A stretch of 64,000 nt of DNA from Chrysomallon squamiferum (taxonomy: Eukaryota; Animalia; Mollusca). Where the stretch lies: positions 18,042,001-18,106,000 of the forward strand of contig CM022670.1 of the NCBI GenBank assembly GCA_012295275.1. The letters run 5' to 3'. Positions within the stretch are counted from its first letter, which is position 1. Each line of letters starts with the position of its first letter. The translations under genes and the position numbers were made by a program. Under the pieces are notes generated by a model. The model was not told the origin of the DNA, searched no databases, and saw only the letters and a program-made list of their open reading frames with translations. Positions 43,040-56,509 of this stretch are shown here, one piece after another.

Positions 43040-43745
43040 AAATTTCACAGTCTTGACTTGAAACGACAGAAACAGTTTCTCTTAATAATATATTTCCTAT
43101 CAAGATTCTTTAACCTTTTGACATATGAAGACAATCTAGATTCCTGCTTTTCAAATAATAAACTAACTGAAGAGCGCTCATTTAAGCGATGTTATGACGC
43201 GAACTCTGGTACTACGTCAGAGAATGAAGATTAATCTAATAATAACTGATTTCCGTCCAAACATTTTAACCTTTTAATATGTCCGTGCAAACTGGAAACC
43301 TGGATTGCATGTGGACATCATGATTAATACAACAATCAGATAAAGGTCAGTTAAATGATATGAAGATACGAACCCATTACTACTAAAGATATCCGCTAAG
43401 TCTTGCTTTTAAGCTACATCCTTAACCTTTTGTCCAGCAAAGGAAATCTAGGAAATTAAATTAGAAATATTCATCATGATTAGTAGATTAATGTGAGAAA
43501 TATCACTTAACTGGCTCTAAGACTCGAACCCAGATACTAACAGTAGCAGTTTCTTAAGTCTTATTAATAAGATTAATCTTTAACATCGTGTCCTGTGGAT
43601 GAAATCTGAGAAATTAATCCAGAAATACTTATCGTGATTAAGACGTGTAATTATGAGAGTCCGTTTTCACAATCGATACCAAGATTTGAACCAGGATACA
43701 AACAACAGAAATCCAATAAATTCTGAAGGAAGGTTAATCTTTATA
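43040..43745 (-). repeat. Old tandem array, ~140-170-bp units x 4-5, each with tRNA-like A-box and B-box remnants
   Basis: Plus-strand B-box complements at 43055 (weak), 43196, 43365 (GATACGAACCC), 43521 (GACTCGAACCC) and 43683. A-box-like TTAAC(C/A)T motifs at about 43108, 43264, 43420 and 43578. Shared spacer motif ATC(A/G)TGATTA. Confidence 0.65.
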
Positions 43746-45625
43746 AATGCAAAATTGACGGAGACGCTGTGTAAATTAAATAGCTTGAAGATGCAATAAC
43801 CCCAATTCGTGTGATGACGTCTTATTATTCAATTACCTGTTTCTCGCACTACGTAATACACTCAGCAGCTATGCGAAGACACGACTTTTTCCGGAATTCC
43901 TCCAGCAGTGATACCATTTATGGTGAAAGATTTCTAGCCAAATTTTGCTTTACGCCTGAAGTGTTTGTGAGCGTCTGTAGTTAAAGAGATATTACTTAAT
44001 TGTGCGCTATGGAGAAATATAGAAATGCCTTCGAGATTTCTTTGCAATGAAAAGTCATTCGCCATCAAAGAATAGACATTTTGTATGAGTTGGTAAATCA
44101 TTAGCAGACCATCATTTCCTTCTGTACAATTTTATTTATTTTTACTTAGAAATGTACTGTATGTGACGTAGATTCTGAGATTTTTTATCAAATGTAATAA
44201 ATTTTCTCAGATTTTCCCTTCTAAACAAAATATCATGGTCAATAAAATGATTTTCGTTCCTTATGGCTTCTAACAATAAATCTATTAAGTCCTGTTTTTA
44301 CTATAAATGAAACTTATTTCTTCATCCTGTGGTTCAATAACAACAGCTTTCAAAATTGTGTTAATAAAATTATTACATCAATATTGAGATCATAATCATG
44401 CTCCGCTGTCCATCTTATATTTCTTCGTCCAGGGGACAGATCTAATCTTAGTATTTTCATTTTGGCGATTATTTTATCTTTCGTTCGCTTCATTTGTATG
44501 GGTCAGGGGAAGCCACACTTAGATTAACCACTGTCCATTATAAAATGTAGATAAAATGATCAGTTTTCATGGCACGTTCACTTGCTATTACAATCGTCAT
44601 CTTTTGGGAGTCTTATCGTTGCCGAGGTCCGGCAAGATATTAGTCACTTAATCGTTTTTCATTTCATTTTGTGATTGTATTTGTCATCAAACATCAACAT
44701 CGACAGCCTGTCATACCAGCTTCATATCTCACTGATAAAACGCTATAATACCAATACTGTTTTTGGTTACTCGTATTTTTAATATGCAAAAAATCTCTCT
44801 ATACTCGTTCATCAACGTATACTTTTTAATAAAGAAAATAACATTCCAGAATTATTAATCTCCATTTATCACTTCAAAGCTAGATAAAAATTAATATAGA
44901 TTATTGGGTTGATATGAAATCCGTGCATGCTTAATCTTTACAATGACTACTGCAGGATGTGGTATAATATTATTAAAAACTTAAAGAATAAATAACGGAC
45001 AATAGGTTCATTCTGCTGTCTTTGATGCAGATTCTGGTAACATAACATATCTAACTGAATGACAACAAACACGTTTCTAAACCGTACAGTTATTAATTCT
45101 AATTTCACTGAAAGCTTTCCAAAACTGTAATTATTAGTTATTCGTGTGATACTAATGTTCTTCCGCAACTTAGGAAATGTAAAATAAATCGTGATTAAGT
45201 AAGAAATATTTTCATACTGAACTGGAAAATTAATAATCAGTTGATCGTGAACTGCGAATTACCTTTACTTTTCGGTTTGAAAGTGAAACGCTGAAAGACA
45301 AAGGAAAATGAATAAGTAAGTTATTAGTAGCTGATAAGTTTGGAGGAAAGATCGATGAGAAGAAGAAAAGAGACATCGTGATTAATGATGGGAAGAGAGA
45401 ACATTCGACAAAGAATATATCTGGAGAAAAAGAGGATTTGCATATTTTATATGCTGGGTATTTTCAGTGTTAGTTCAGCTATAACTGAGGTCGGAATTTC
45501 AAAGCTTTGTATCCTCAGTGTAACTATTGTAAATTAGCAAATGAATAAATAAAAAACTATTTAATTTAGATCACCTCAACACAGTTATAATTTATTGTGA
45601 AAGGTTATTAGGTGCCTTAAACAGG

Positions 45626-45661
<36 letters not shown>

Positions 45662-45675
45662 TTATTATTATTTTA

Positions 45676-45741
<66 letters not shown>

Positions 45742-46573
45742 GATGATACAAAAAACGAAACTCGACAGGCTGCCTTTCAAGAATAGCGACAAAGGTTCTT
45801 TTACATAAATTTATATAAAAGACAAAAGAACAAGGCCTTTGATAATTATTTGACACCGAGGACTGGTCACTTGAATAACCAAGCCCAAAGCCAACTATGA
45901 AACCTCTGAACAAAAAGCCGATCGGTCATAAACAGGTAAGTATGAATATGTAGTAAAGACGTAAGCAAACACAGGTTAGAAACAAAGTATCTCGACACAC
46001 TGGAAGTAATGAAACTTGAAAGATTCTGACATGTTCACCTGCGGTTACAAATTAATAACTATTCCAGCGAAACGTGATATTACTGTGAAAACCGGAAGCA
46101 TTTGCCTAATAACTTCATCTGAAACTCTGCTAACATGTCAGAAATATTTTTTTTTTTCGCCGCAGCCGCTGATGAAGACGAGAGACAATGACACGGCTTT
46201 CAATACAATTAATTAGACTCTGCAAACACCGAGATGTAATCACACCGCTCCTATCACATGAGTGGCAATCTGTGAGGCTTTTTAATTAATACCGTTGTTG
46301 TCTTCTGTTCTTGTAATCTGTTTATAGCGTCTATTGCTTCATATATGACCCTGCGCATATCAGTGAGAGAGAGAGAGAGAGAGAAAAGAGAAAAAAAAAT
46401 CATATCTGATCGCAGAAAGAGGAATATTTTCATTAAAGTATTGATGATTTCAGAATTCAGTTTGGAAAAATAATTTTAATCACAATTTTGGGGTGATGGA
46501 GTTGCCTCTGAATAGCTCATATGTATTGACTGACATTATCTATTCCCAACTCCATTTCCAATGCCACTGATAG

Positions 46574-46613
<40 letters not shown>

Positions 46614-46743
46614 TTAAATTATTTTTTGTCATTTTGATTATAGTTATTCTTAAAAGTGCGACATTTACTTAAAATGTATATTTCTCTCCTTTTCCCTCTT
46701 TCTAACTCTCTTTCAAAATATTTATTTCTGTCTTTTCCTCTTT

Positions 46744-46745
<2 letters not shown>

Positions 46746-46831
<86 letters not shown>
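46746..46831. repeat. (CT)n microsatellite
   Basis: Perfect run. Confidence 0.98.
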
Positions 46832-46834
<3 letters not shown>

Positions 46835-48716
46835 CTCTCTCTCTGTCTATTAGTCTACATCGGTCTGTCCCTTCTATTCTAAGACAAACTAAAAAGGTTT
46901 CATTTAAAAGATGACGGAATCGTTATGGCTGGTGAATTTAAGCGGAGAAGATATTAAAGTCGTATTTCTGTCATCTCGAGATGGCACTTGAAAACGTTTT
47001 AAGCCTTATTACATCAGATAGGACGAAATGCGAAGACTTGAGAATGTAAGGCACCATTTTCATTCAGAGTGCGTAATCTCTCGTGCAAATGGCTACAGTT
47101 AATAAGATCGATGGAAATGGTTTCGGCAAATGATCCGCTTTTATTTTTATTTATTTTTATTTATTTTTATTTTTTTAATGGCGACTGTAAAATATAGTGT
47201 TCAACAAGCTTTGATGGTGTGGAAGGAGAACAACTTGGAACGTTTTTTTTTTTCGCTAGGATTCGTTATATTAACACTATCTATTTACTGAGTAAGAAAC
47301 CACGGTCACTGAATTATACACACAAGCTTATCGTATTTGAACCTTTTGTGATTATAACCATGTTCAAATGGTTGATTAATGGTAGAGGTAAATACTTTAG
47401 TTGTTTTATTCGACAGTTTTCAAAATGACAATTTACTTTGGTTATTATTATTGCTGTTGCTATTGTTGTTATTGTTGTAACTGATGTCATTTGTCATATT
47501 ATTATTTTCGTTCTCGTTACTGTTGTTGCTGTTAATGTAACTGTTTTCGTCTTCTTTATCGTAATCATTAAAATCATCATATTCATTATCATCATTATAG
47601 TTAGTAAATTTATTTAATATTTTTTTTTATTATTATTATTATTTTATTTTTTTTTGTCTCTGTTATAGAAAAAAATTAGAACATTTTCTTGTAAAAAAAA
47701 ACAACAAAAACAAAAAAAAAAAACGAATTAAGTTCAAGAATAGAAAAGAAATGAAGTCAGAAAAGAAGAAGAAAATCCGCTACACTCGCTGTAAAAACAG
47801 TCGATATGAAAATACTCGCGTGCCACGCCGTCCACATGACCAATGTGAAAGTTGTGTGTTGCAGACGGCGATGTCAAACTTGAACGATGCTGTGTCAGAA
47901 ACAGATATAATTACACAGCTTCAGCGTCAGCAGCAATAACAGCTTATGAAGATATATTTGTACGAAAATAACACAAACAGGGATACGTAAATGTTTTAAT
48001 ATTGGACGTATCAAACCGAAGCCTCGTAATATGTATTTTTCAAACTATGATTAATAACTCTAGGAACGATATTTTTGACATAAAAAAAAAAACAGATATC
48101 GATTAACAGTTTGGTGATGATATTATTATATTTATAAAAAGAAAATATATCGATTAAGAATTAGATGTCGATACTTTTATATCAAAAAATTAATTCTGAT
48201 GAACAAACTGATTATGACATTTGTCATAATAAAAATAATCGTTTTTTCCAATTCTGTATTATAATTATTGTTGTTGTTGTTGTTGTTGTTGTTATTATTA
48301 TTATTATTATTTTCTTTTTTGATATCGAAGAATTAATTAAATTTATTTGAATTTTAAAAATAATTTGAAATGCTTATATTTTTGGATCGTTGTTTCAAAA
48401 CGAATACTTTGTAGGTTGTTATGTGATAAACAACAATGTTTATCTTTTTTATCGTGTGGATTTTGCAATCTCTGAAATTACAACGTAAAGAATCTTTGAT
48501 TCATTCTTGATTTAATGCTTCTCATTTGAAACGGGTTGCACGTAACGATTATTCTATTTAAGACAGACTATCTCTGTGTCAAAAGATGCGGTTTACAGCA
48601 AATCTTTTGTTTGAAGCGAAGATTAATTATTTCTGAAAGATATTTTCATAAATCTTTTAACCATAAATATTAAAATATACAGCTAAATTAATATTAGTTT
48701 GTTTTCTCTGATTCTT

Positions 48717-48770
<54 letters not shown>

Positions 48771-51327
48771 ATTTGACCCCCTATCATTCTCTTTCTCTCG
48801 CACTCTCTCTCTCTACCACTCCCCCTCTTTCTTTCTTTCTTTGCCTCTCTCTGCCCGACTCCTCCTTCTCTCTTACTTTCTGTCTCTCTCGCCCAATGAC
48901 TCTGCTTTTATATTTCTTTCTGTCTCGTTCTCCTACTCTTCTTTAAGTCATTATTTTTCAAACACCGAAGGATCACCAAGATCGTTTTATTTTGGAAGTG
49001 TTAAAACCACAAGAAGAAAAAAAAAAAAAAAAGAAAAGAAAATAAGACTGAGAGGCAATAAAAACTAGAAAGAAAGAAAATATTTAGGATTGGAGTGAGA
49101 AAGCAGCACGTGTTGGTAACAGATGAGAAGTGAAATGAAATTCTCTCAGCTGAAGGAATTAGTGTTTGAAAGAAACAAAAACATGGAAGATTTAATTAAA
49201 AATTTAATCAAAGCTTTCTCTCACATCGTCTAATAATCCCTTTTTTGTAGGTGAAAAAGTGAAAGAAAAACAAAATAAATAGTAATCTCTTTTTCTGATT
49301 GGTTTATTAAATTCCTTCCACGTCTTCTTGACAGTTTTACTTTCATTTCATTTTTTTTTTTCTTTCTGTTTTTAATGTAGGCAAGCATTACAACCAGGAT
49401 CCTTCCTTCCTTCTTTTTCTTCTTTATTTCATTCTTTCTTGCTTTTTTTTCCCCATTTACATTTAATTTTTTTTTTTTTTTTCATTTCTTCTTTTTTATT
49501 TCTATGACTTTATAGAAGTCAGAAAACCAAATTTACCACCAATTAAGCCACGATGCTCCCAGGTATGAAGTTTATGAAAAAAATAGAAGAATACATGACG
49601 GAAACATTAGATTTTTTTAACAAAACTTAACACCATCGCGTTTCTCTAATTATAAAATAAAATGTTTAAATGTGAAGTATTTCAAATTGTTATTATTAGC
49701 GGTATAACATATTAGTCACAGCACGCTTGGGAGAGTGTAAAAGACTGTTAAAGATTGTTTTCCAAATTCAATACAGCATTAGTATTTTAGAATCATTTCC
49801 AAAGCAAGTCTGATTACTTTGTGTACATGAATAAATGATCGACTGAATAGACGACTGTTTAACATAACGCAACACGTTTTAATATTAACTATTATTAAGT
49901 GTCGGCCAAACTCTTATCAATTATGAGAAAGTAATATTTTACAATGGGACCATATTTTATAAGACGAAAATATACCCTACAATTCTGATGATACACTCTT
50001 TCTAGTTTGAACTATACTGTTCTAGAAAAGCAATGTCAAAGGCTGGGGTATGTATTTTCCTACCTGTAGATGTTTTTTTTTTTTTTTTTAAATTAATAAG
50101 AGCAGACAAAGTCATTATGGAATAACTCTGATACTATTATTGCAAAGACAGCAGAATGAAACTTAATAACTGTTAATTCAAAAATTAATTGTGACGTCTT
50201 AAACAGACACTAATGGTGACTTAAAGTTTCTTCGTTGATTGTTCAGTAAGTAATATGCCAATTTATCACTGTCACAGAACAATAGATTAGTTTTGTTTAT
50301 CTGTGTAATTCAGAAGGTACACTGAACGTTTGTCAATGTACTTTACTCGTCAGTGTACTTTCTGGTCAGTCAGTCAGTTATTTTTAATGAGATTACCTTT
50401 TTTTGAAGATTCAACCATGGCTTCATGAACACACAATGCATGATCTGGATTGCGTACTGAATGAACCCAATATTAGTGTTTTAGAAAAATAATTAGACAT
50501 TGTTTACAAAAACTGTGGTTGTTGTTGTTTTTAATAGCCCGTTGTTGTGTAGAATAGTTGTGCCAACAGTTTTTGTTGTTTGTGATGTTTGTGGTAATAG
50601 TGACAGAAGCAGTAATAATATTAGTAACAATTATAGCAGAGGTGATTGTAGTGGTATTAGTATATCGCTGTGCTTTACGTGTGTCTGTTTATTTACTTAC
50701 TATTTTGTTTGTTTGTTTGGGTGCTGTTTACTTAAATAAAACTACATTGATGGTTTAACATAATCGTAACAGAAAACTGAATCACGGCGTTTATCAACTG
50801 CCAACAAGAAATCGTTTCATTTAATCAGTCCTTGTGCTCTCGCCATCTCAGGGGAGATCATTCACTTCAAAATCCTAAGATAAACTATTTGTTCAGTATT
50901 TAAATTTTTAATACGGTACCTTTAATGCTCAAAACTGGATGTATCAATATAAGAGGGAGTAATATAAATTACTGCAAAACGCTCTAAGCTACGTCATAAA
51001 TCAACGAAGCTTTTTATTTAACTGTCTGTTATATAGCCGTTTTATTTCGCGCCACGGCTATAATCCATTACGCTTTCAGATATACAGAATAAATCAGACA
51101 CAGTAATAAATAATGACGGCTCAATGGCCCGTTTCAATTAGTTATACATCCTGAAACTGTCTGTAGCATCCGTCAACGCTGACGATATGTTTATCTCGGT
51201 CATACTCTGCGAGATGTACTACAGAAAGATCAGAGTTCTCTTCTCTTCGCAATGAATCTTCTGCGTTGTGAAAAAAAAAAAAAAAAAAAAAAAACGTAAT
51301 TAAAATAAATAAATAAATAAATATATT

Positions 51328-51360
<33 letters not shown>

Positions 51361-53924
51361 TCAGCAACAAAAGCAACAATAATAAAAGCCACTAAGAAAT
51401 ACTTAGATATATTTTCTTGTTAATTTCCTCGTGTTGCAAACTGCACTGGATCACACATTAATAACGGTATATTTCTCGTCCTAATAAAATATAAAAATAA
51501 AAAGATCATCCAGCGTACTGACAGCAACGAAGTAAAATTAAAGTTTGATTTTAGCTCCTGGGGATTCTTTTTTTCCTTAAAACCAGATTAATTGAGCTCC
51601 GTTTCACTCGTGAATTAATCCACTAGACGGTGAAGAATGTTAACTTTTCAAGAAGCGGCTTAGCCAGCAAGGAATTATCTAAATCACACTACTAAACGTG
51701 GCTGATGAAAAAACATCGAACAATTTTACAACCCACTCACAGCCGATATTTGAAGATAACTTTTGAAATGTCCAGCTTTGAAATTTCTTTCCCACAATTC
51801 TCAAGGAACATGAGCATAGCTTTTAAAAGAAATCAAAAGAAGAAAAAAAATCCAGAATCGATTGTCGATATCTTTTTTAAATATATTTTACTGGTCATTG
51901 AACCGTTCTGTCTTCTCTTGTTATGAATAGATGAATGCAAATTGCATTTAGTTGTAACTTGTCTGATCAGTCAGTCCCTTATTCTGCAACGAGATTAATT
52001 TTTTTTTGTCGAAAATTCAAGTTTGCCTGTCATGAATACACGATCTATAATCTAGTTTTGAAGAAAAATAAGCTAATAAGACAGATTTAAAAAAATTGTT
52101 GTTGTTGTTGTTGTTGACAGCAATAGCAGTTATCGTATAGTAGTGGTGGAGTTCTAACAGTTGGTAATGTTGGTTCTGATGACATATTTAGATGCATTAT
52201 TAGTAATAGCAGTTGCAGCAGTAGTGTTAGTAGTATTAGTCGAAGTAGTAGCACTAGCAGTAGCAGTAGTTGTTGTAATAGCAGTATTGTTGTAGATGGT
52301 GTTGTTGTTGTTGTTTTAGCAGTAGTTGTAGCAGTAGAAATAGCAGCACCGTTGTTAGAGGGAGATAAAGACAGACGGACAGAGAGAGAGAGAGAGAGAG
52401 AGATGCCGAATAATCATCTGATTTTCGTTGCCATTCTAAAACTTGTCAAAAAAAAAAATTGTTTTTATTTTATTTTATTTTATTTTATTTTATTTACTTA
52501 CTTACTTGTTTTATTTTATTATTATTATTATTATTTTTTTTGTACTGGTTCTTCACAGACATCGCGCCAGTGTAAGAAACCCGATCCTGTATTCAGCAGA
52601 CGAGAAATAAGCGGAATCTGTCAATTCATGCGAACAAAGAGTTAACTGATCAATGTGTTTGTGTGTAGTGAGGCGATTTAATTCACAAATCATCGAGCGA
52701 ATAATTGAAGAGCAAATTAAATGGCCCGTCATATTCATCCTGCACAGAGAGAGAGAACTTGCTGAACAAATTGATCTGATGTTCTGTAGAGAAAAAAGTA
52801 TATATATTTTTTGTTTGTTGATAATAGACATGTTTTTTTGTGTTGTTGATTTTTATTTTATTTTAAAGAACAGAAAAGTCAATTCTTGGAGCAGTGCTAC
52901 AAATCCATCACCAACAGACGAGAGATGAAGGAGCGAGAAGTAGCTGAATGGTCGTGGATTTATCCTTTTCGTGGAGATCCTTTTGAGTTATTCATTTCCC
53001 GTTCCAGCCTAGACTCCATGGCTTAACTGCATAACTTACTGTATTATATAAGTATGAAGTTGTACAGCACTAAATTTAAAAATATATTCATGGCAAGTCA
53101 TGTATGGATTTCAAGTATTTCTGATACATTAATATTATTAGTGACATTCTGTTAATGAAAGTTATTATCGGATTCTTTTTTTACTTTCTTTTTTTTTTTT
53201 TTTTTATCTATTTTTCATTTTTAATGTCATCAATTCCCCCCCCCCTTGTTTTGTTTGCTTGTTTCCTTGTTTTTTGTTGTTTTTTTTTTTTTTTTTTTTT
53301 TTTTAACGTTCAATCAAATAAAGCAAATATTTCCCTAAATGAATTCATCTTTTAAAGACGTGACATTTAGAACACACAGAACGTCTCCCTGAACGATCAT
53401 TCCTATACGAAAATAATCTCTAAACACATTAGACTAAAATACCACCAAACAAGATTCCTTCTAACGTCCACGATACAATTCGAATTACGAAACGCTACGG
53501 TTTGTGCTCTTTATTGTTCGGAACGGCTGAAACCAAATGCTTCTACAGGTTTTTTTTTTTGTTATTCCACAGCAGTGAAGCAGCGATAAGCTAATTGAAG
53601 TCGGAGTTGATGCGTGGAACCAGTGCACATTTTTAGTAACTCGATGAAGCAATTGTTCCTCCGTTGATCCTTTAATGGCGACGTTTCTCGGGAGATAATG
53701 AACAGGATTTCATCCGATGTCCTTCACGCCGCAGTCCTTAGTGATGACTTATTGCTTTTGGGTGTTCAGGTCGTGTTCTGCATGAGAACATCTCGCTGAA
53801 AGGCGAGTGTACATGGTGGTATTTTGTTTATTAATACATTAACGCTTTTGCTCTGTATCAGTTTGTGTGTTCAAATTAATACACTTTCATTGAAAAGTTA
53901 TAAATCTGCTGTCACGCTTAGACT

Positions 53925-54290
53925 GGTGAATATGAACGAAAAGGATTTATTTTTATTTTTTATTTTATTTTTTTATTTATGCACATAAACAAACAATATA
54001 TGAACGAAAATGAATTTAAGTTTTATATCTGAACGTTCATAGATCAACAGTTAACATGTTAATTATATTTCTATTGGTAAAATACGAACGAAAAGAAATT
54101 TCAGTTTTTTATTGGAACGTTCATAAGTCAATATCAACATAATAATTATACCCTGATTGGTAAAATACGAATGAATTAGGAATTTAAATTTTATATTTCA
54201 ACGTTCATAAATCAACATTTAACAAAATAATTATATTGAGCCCTGTAAAATATGAACGAAAAGGAATTTAAGTTTTATACTTTATAAATT
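53925..54290. repeat. Degenerate tandem repeat, ~84-bp unit x ~4
   Basis: AATA(T/C)GAACGAAAA...CGTTCATA...AATTATA...GTAAA recurs at about 53996, 54081, 54164 and 54249. Confidence 0.85.
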
Positions 54291-54494
54291 AACGCTCAAC
54301 GTGTAAATCTAGTGAGGTCGGTCAGAGTAAAAACTGATAATCAAGAGGATATTTCATAGTTTGCTTTTCTACCAACATGTTAAATAAATCCATATCTTTC
54401 ATTAACAGCAGCTTGTGATAAACATTCAGCTACAGTCTCGCTGACCGGCCGCCTAATAAACCATGAAGAGCATATTTCTAACAAGTAAAATACA

Positions 54495-54672
54495 GTTTGC
54501 ATTCTAGCTTACCAGATCCTGCTAATAATTTACATTCTTATTATAACGTTACAGAAGACTGTTAACAAAAATAATTCATGTTCTAGCGTTACAGAATATT
54601 GTTAAAATTTACTTTCATTTTCCAGCATTACAGAGTATTCTGTTAACAATTTAAATTCATGTTCTAACGTTG
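54495..54672. repeat. Degenerate tandem repeat, ~39-bp unit x ~4-5
   Basis: TTCTAGCGTTACAGA...TGTTAA...TTCAT recurs. Confidence 0.7.
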
Positions 54673-54763
54673 TAGTTGAACAATAATCTGCTTAATGAAT
54701 GTTTAACAATAACTAAATATCTGTATAAATCAACAGATAGTGTGAGATGATAGCACAGTAGCC

Positions 54764-54945
54764 ATTAGCAGCAAGGGCTCTTTTAAATGAATTTTCTCAC
54801 AGAAAGGAAAGCATGTACCGAGACATTTGATACACTGGCTGTTGGACATCAGTTGGAAACAACCAAATTTGATCAAATAAAGTGAAGAATTGATGCTTTT
54901 GTCAACCGTGTTTCACGCATGCGCACTACAGGAACTTATAGCTGT
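54764..54945 (-). mobile_element. Decayed SINE resembling the Meta-domain (MetaSINE/RUDI-type) molluscan families
   Basis: ATTAGCAGCAAGGGCTCTTTTAAATG...CACAGAAAGGAAAGCATGTACC resembles the reverse complement of the Meta domain as I recall it (...TATCCTGTCTGTGGGA.GGTGCATATAAAAGATCCCTTGCTGCTAAT). Assignment is from memory and needs a Dfam/SINEBase check. Confidence 0.55.
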
Positions 54946-55016
54946 CTTTTACGGAATTGGTATAAACAGATCGCAAATAATAAAAAAATAATAAAAAGTA
55001 AAATAAAAAATAAAAC

Positions 55017-55092
<76 letters not shown>

Positions 55093-55560
55093 TTATTCCT
55101 AATGAAGAAAAAAAAGAAAGAAAAAAAAAGAAAGAAAAAAGTTGTAATTAATGGTACTAGCTAAATAGAAACAAATCTATTAACAAGAGTCAGTGACTTT
55201 CTCGTCTGGCAAGCACGTCATATTTATGAGTTAATACGTTATATACAAAAGAGTATTTGTTATAAAAATTAGATAACAAATCCTGTATGGTATTTACAGG
55301 CAGGGGATAACTACTACTGTGACGTATACGTAATGAACTTTGTAAAATAAGCTCGTATTGATATCAAATGAAAGAAAGTAGTATACGCAATTACTTTGTG
55401 TAATTATAACCTAATCATTTCTAGCCAAACTCAGTAAGACTTAGGCAAAGACAGATTCTTTAGTATATTATCTTCTCTTTAGCTCTAGGTGTGTGCGTAT
55501 GGGTGTTTGTACGTATGTACATAAATATTTATGAATGAATATTTACATGTGTTTGGACTC

Positions 55561-55670
55561 TGCACAGAGATCGAAGTCCAATCACGACCTTAAAAAAATC
55601 AGATGCCGCTGACGAGATTCGAACGTAAGTTACCAATTCGCCCAGAAGATGGAAGGCTGATACCTATCTA
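55561..55670 (-). mobile_element. SINE-like dispersed repeat, family B, 5' fragment
   Basis: AGTCCAATCACGACCT...TCAGATGCCGCTGACGAGATTCGAACGTA is nearly identical to 34567-34621. Next to (TATG)n. Confidence 0.7.
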
Positions 55671-56509
55671 CCGTGGAAAGAACAAGTTTACGTAGGTATG
55701 TTTGAATGTATGTTTGTATGTATGTATGTATGTATGTATGTATGTATGTATGTATGTATGTATGTATGTATGTATTATGTATGTGCGAGTGCATATATAT
55801 GTATGTGTGTGCCTATATGTGTATGTCTGTGTGTACGTTTGTATAAAATGGATGCGTATAATCAGTGTGCTTTGCTGCTTATGTTTGTGAGTTGCATGGA
55901 ACAACAGTGAAATGTAAGGTTTACTTAAAGTGTATTCTTATAATTATTACAATGGTGAAAAAAAGCAGCACAAAATTATGGCTGCGGTTTTTTGTCGATA
56001 TAGAAGGATTCAAGGGACGTAAATCTAAATTGTTAATGATAACTGTCTTCTAGCATGATTATGTCCCTTGTTTTATATACAGTCAGTTAAATAATCAACC
56101 AATCAGTCACTCAGTCGACGTTAGTCCATCAGTCAGTTAATAAATGTATAAATTTTAAATCTTTCGTTTCAAACTTGTCAGGTAATACAAAAATGTCTAG
56201 CAAATTACTGTATACAGTAATACATAAAGTAATTTTAATTTATACAGATTGAAAAACACGGCAGTTCGGTTGGTGGATGAATGAATAACAAAATATTTTA
56301 GAACGGAAACGGATGGATGGATTAATTAATTAACAGGTGGACTGATTAATTAATCGAATGAACTAGTTAACTAATCAGTCATCTAGCTTTTTATCCGAGG
56401 AATATATAATAATATACAGTTTAGGAAGGAAAAAGTATATTTATTAGAGTAGGTTTGTATGTACGTAATATAAAGGCGTGACCTGCCTTTATGCATTATC
56501 CTTGCACAA

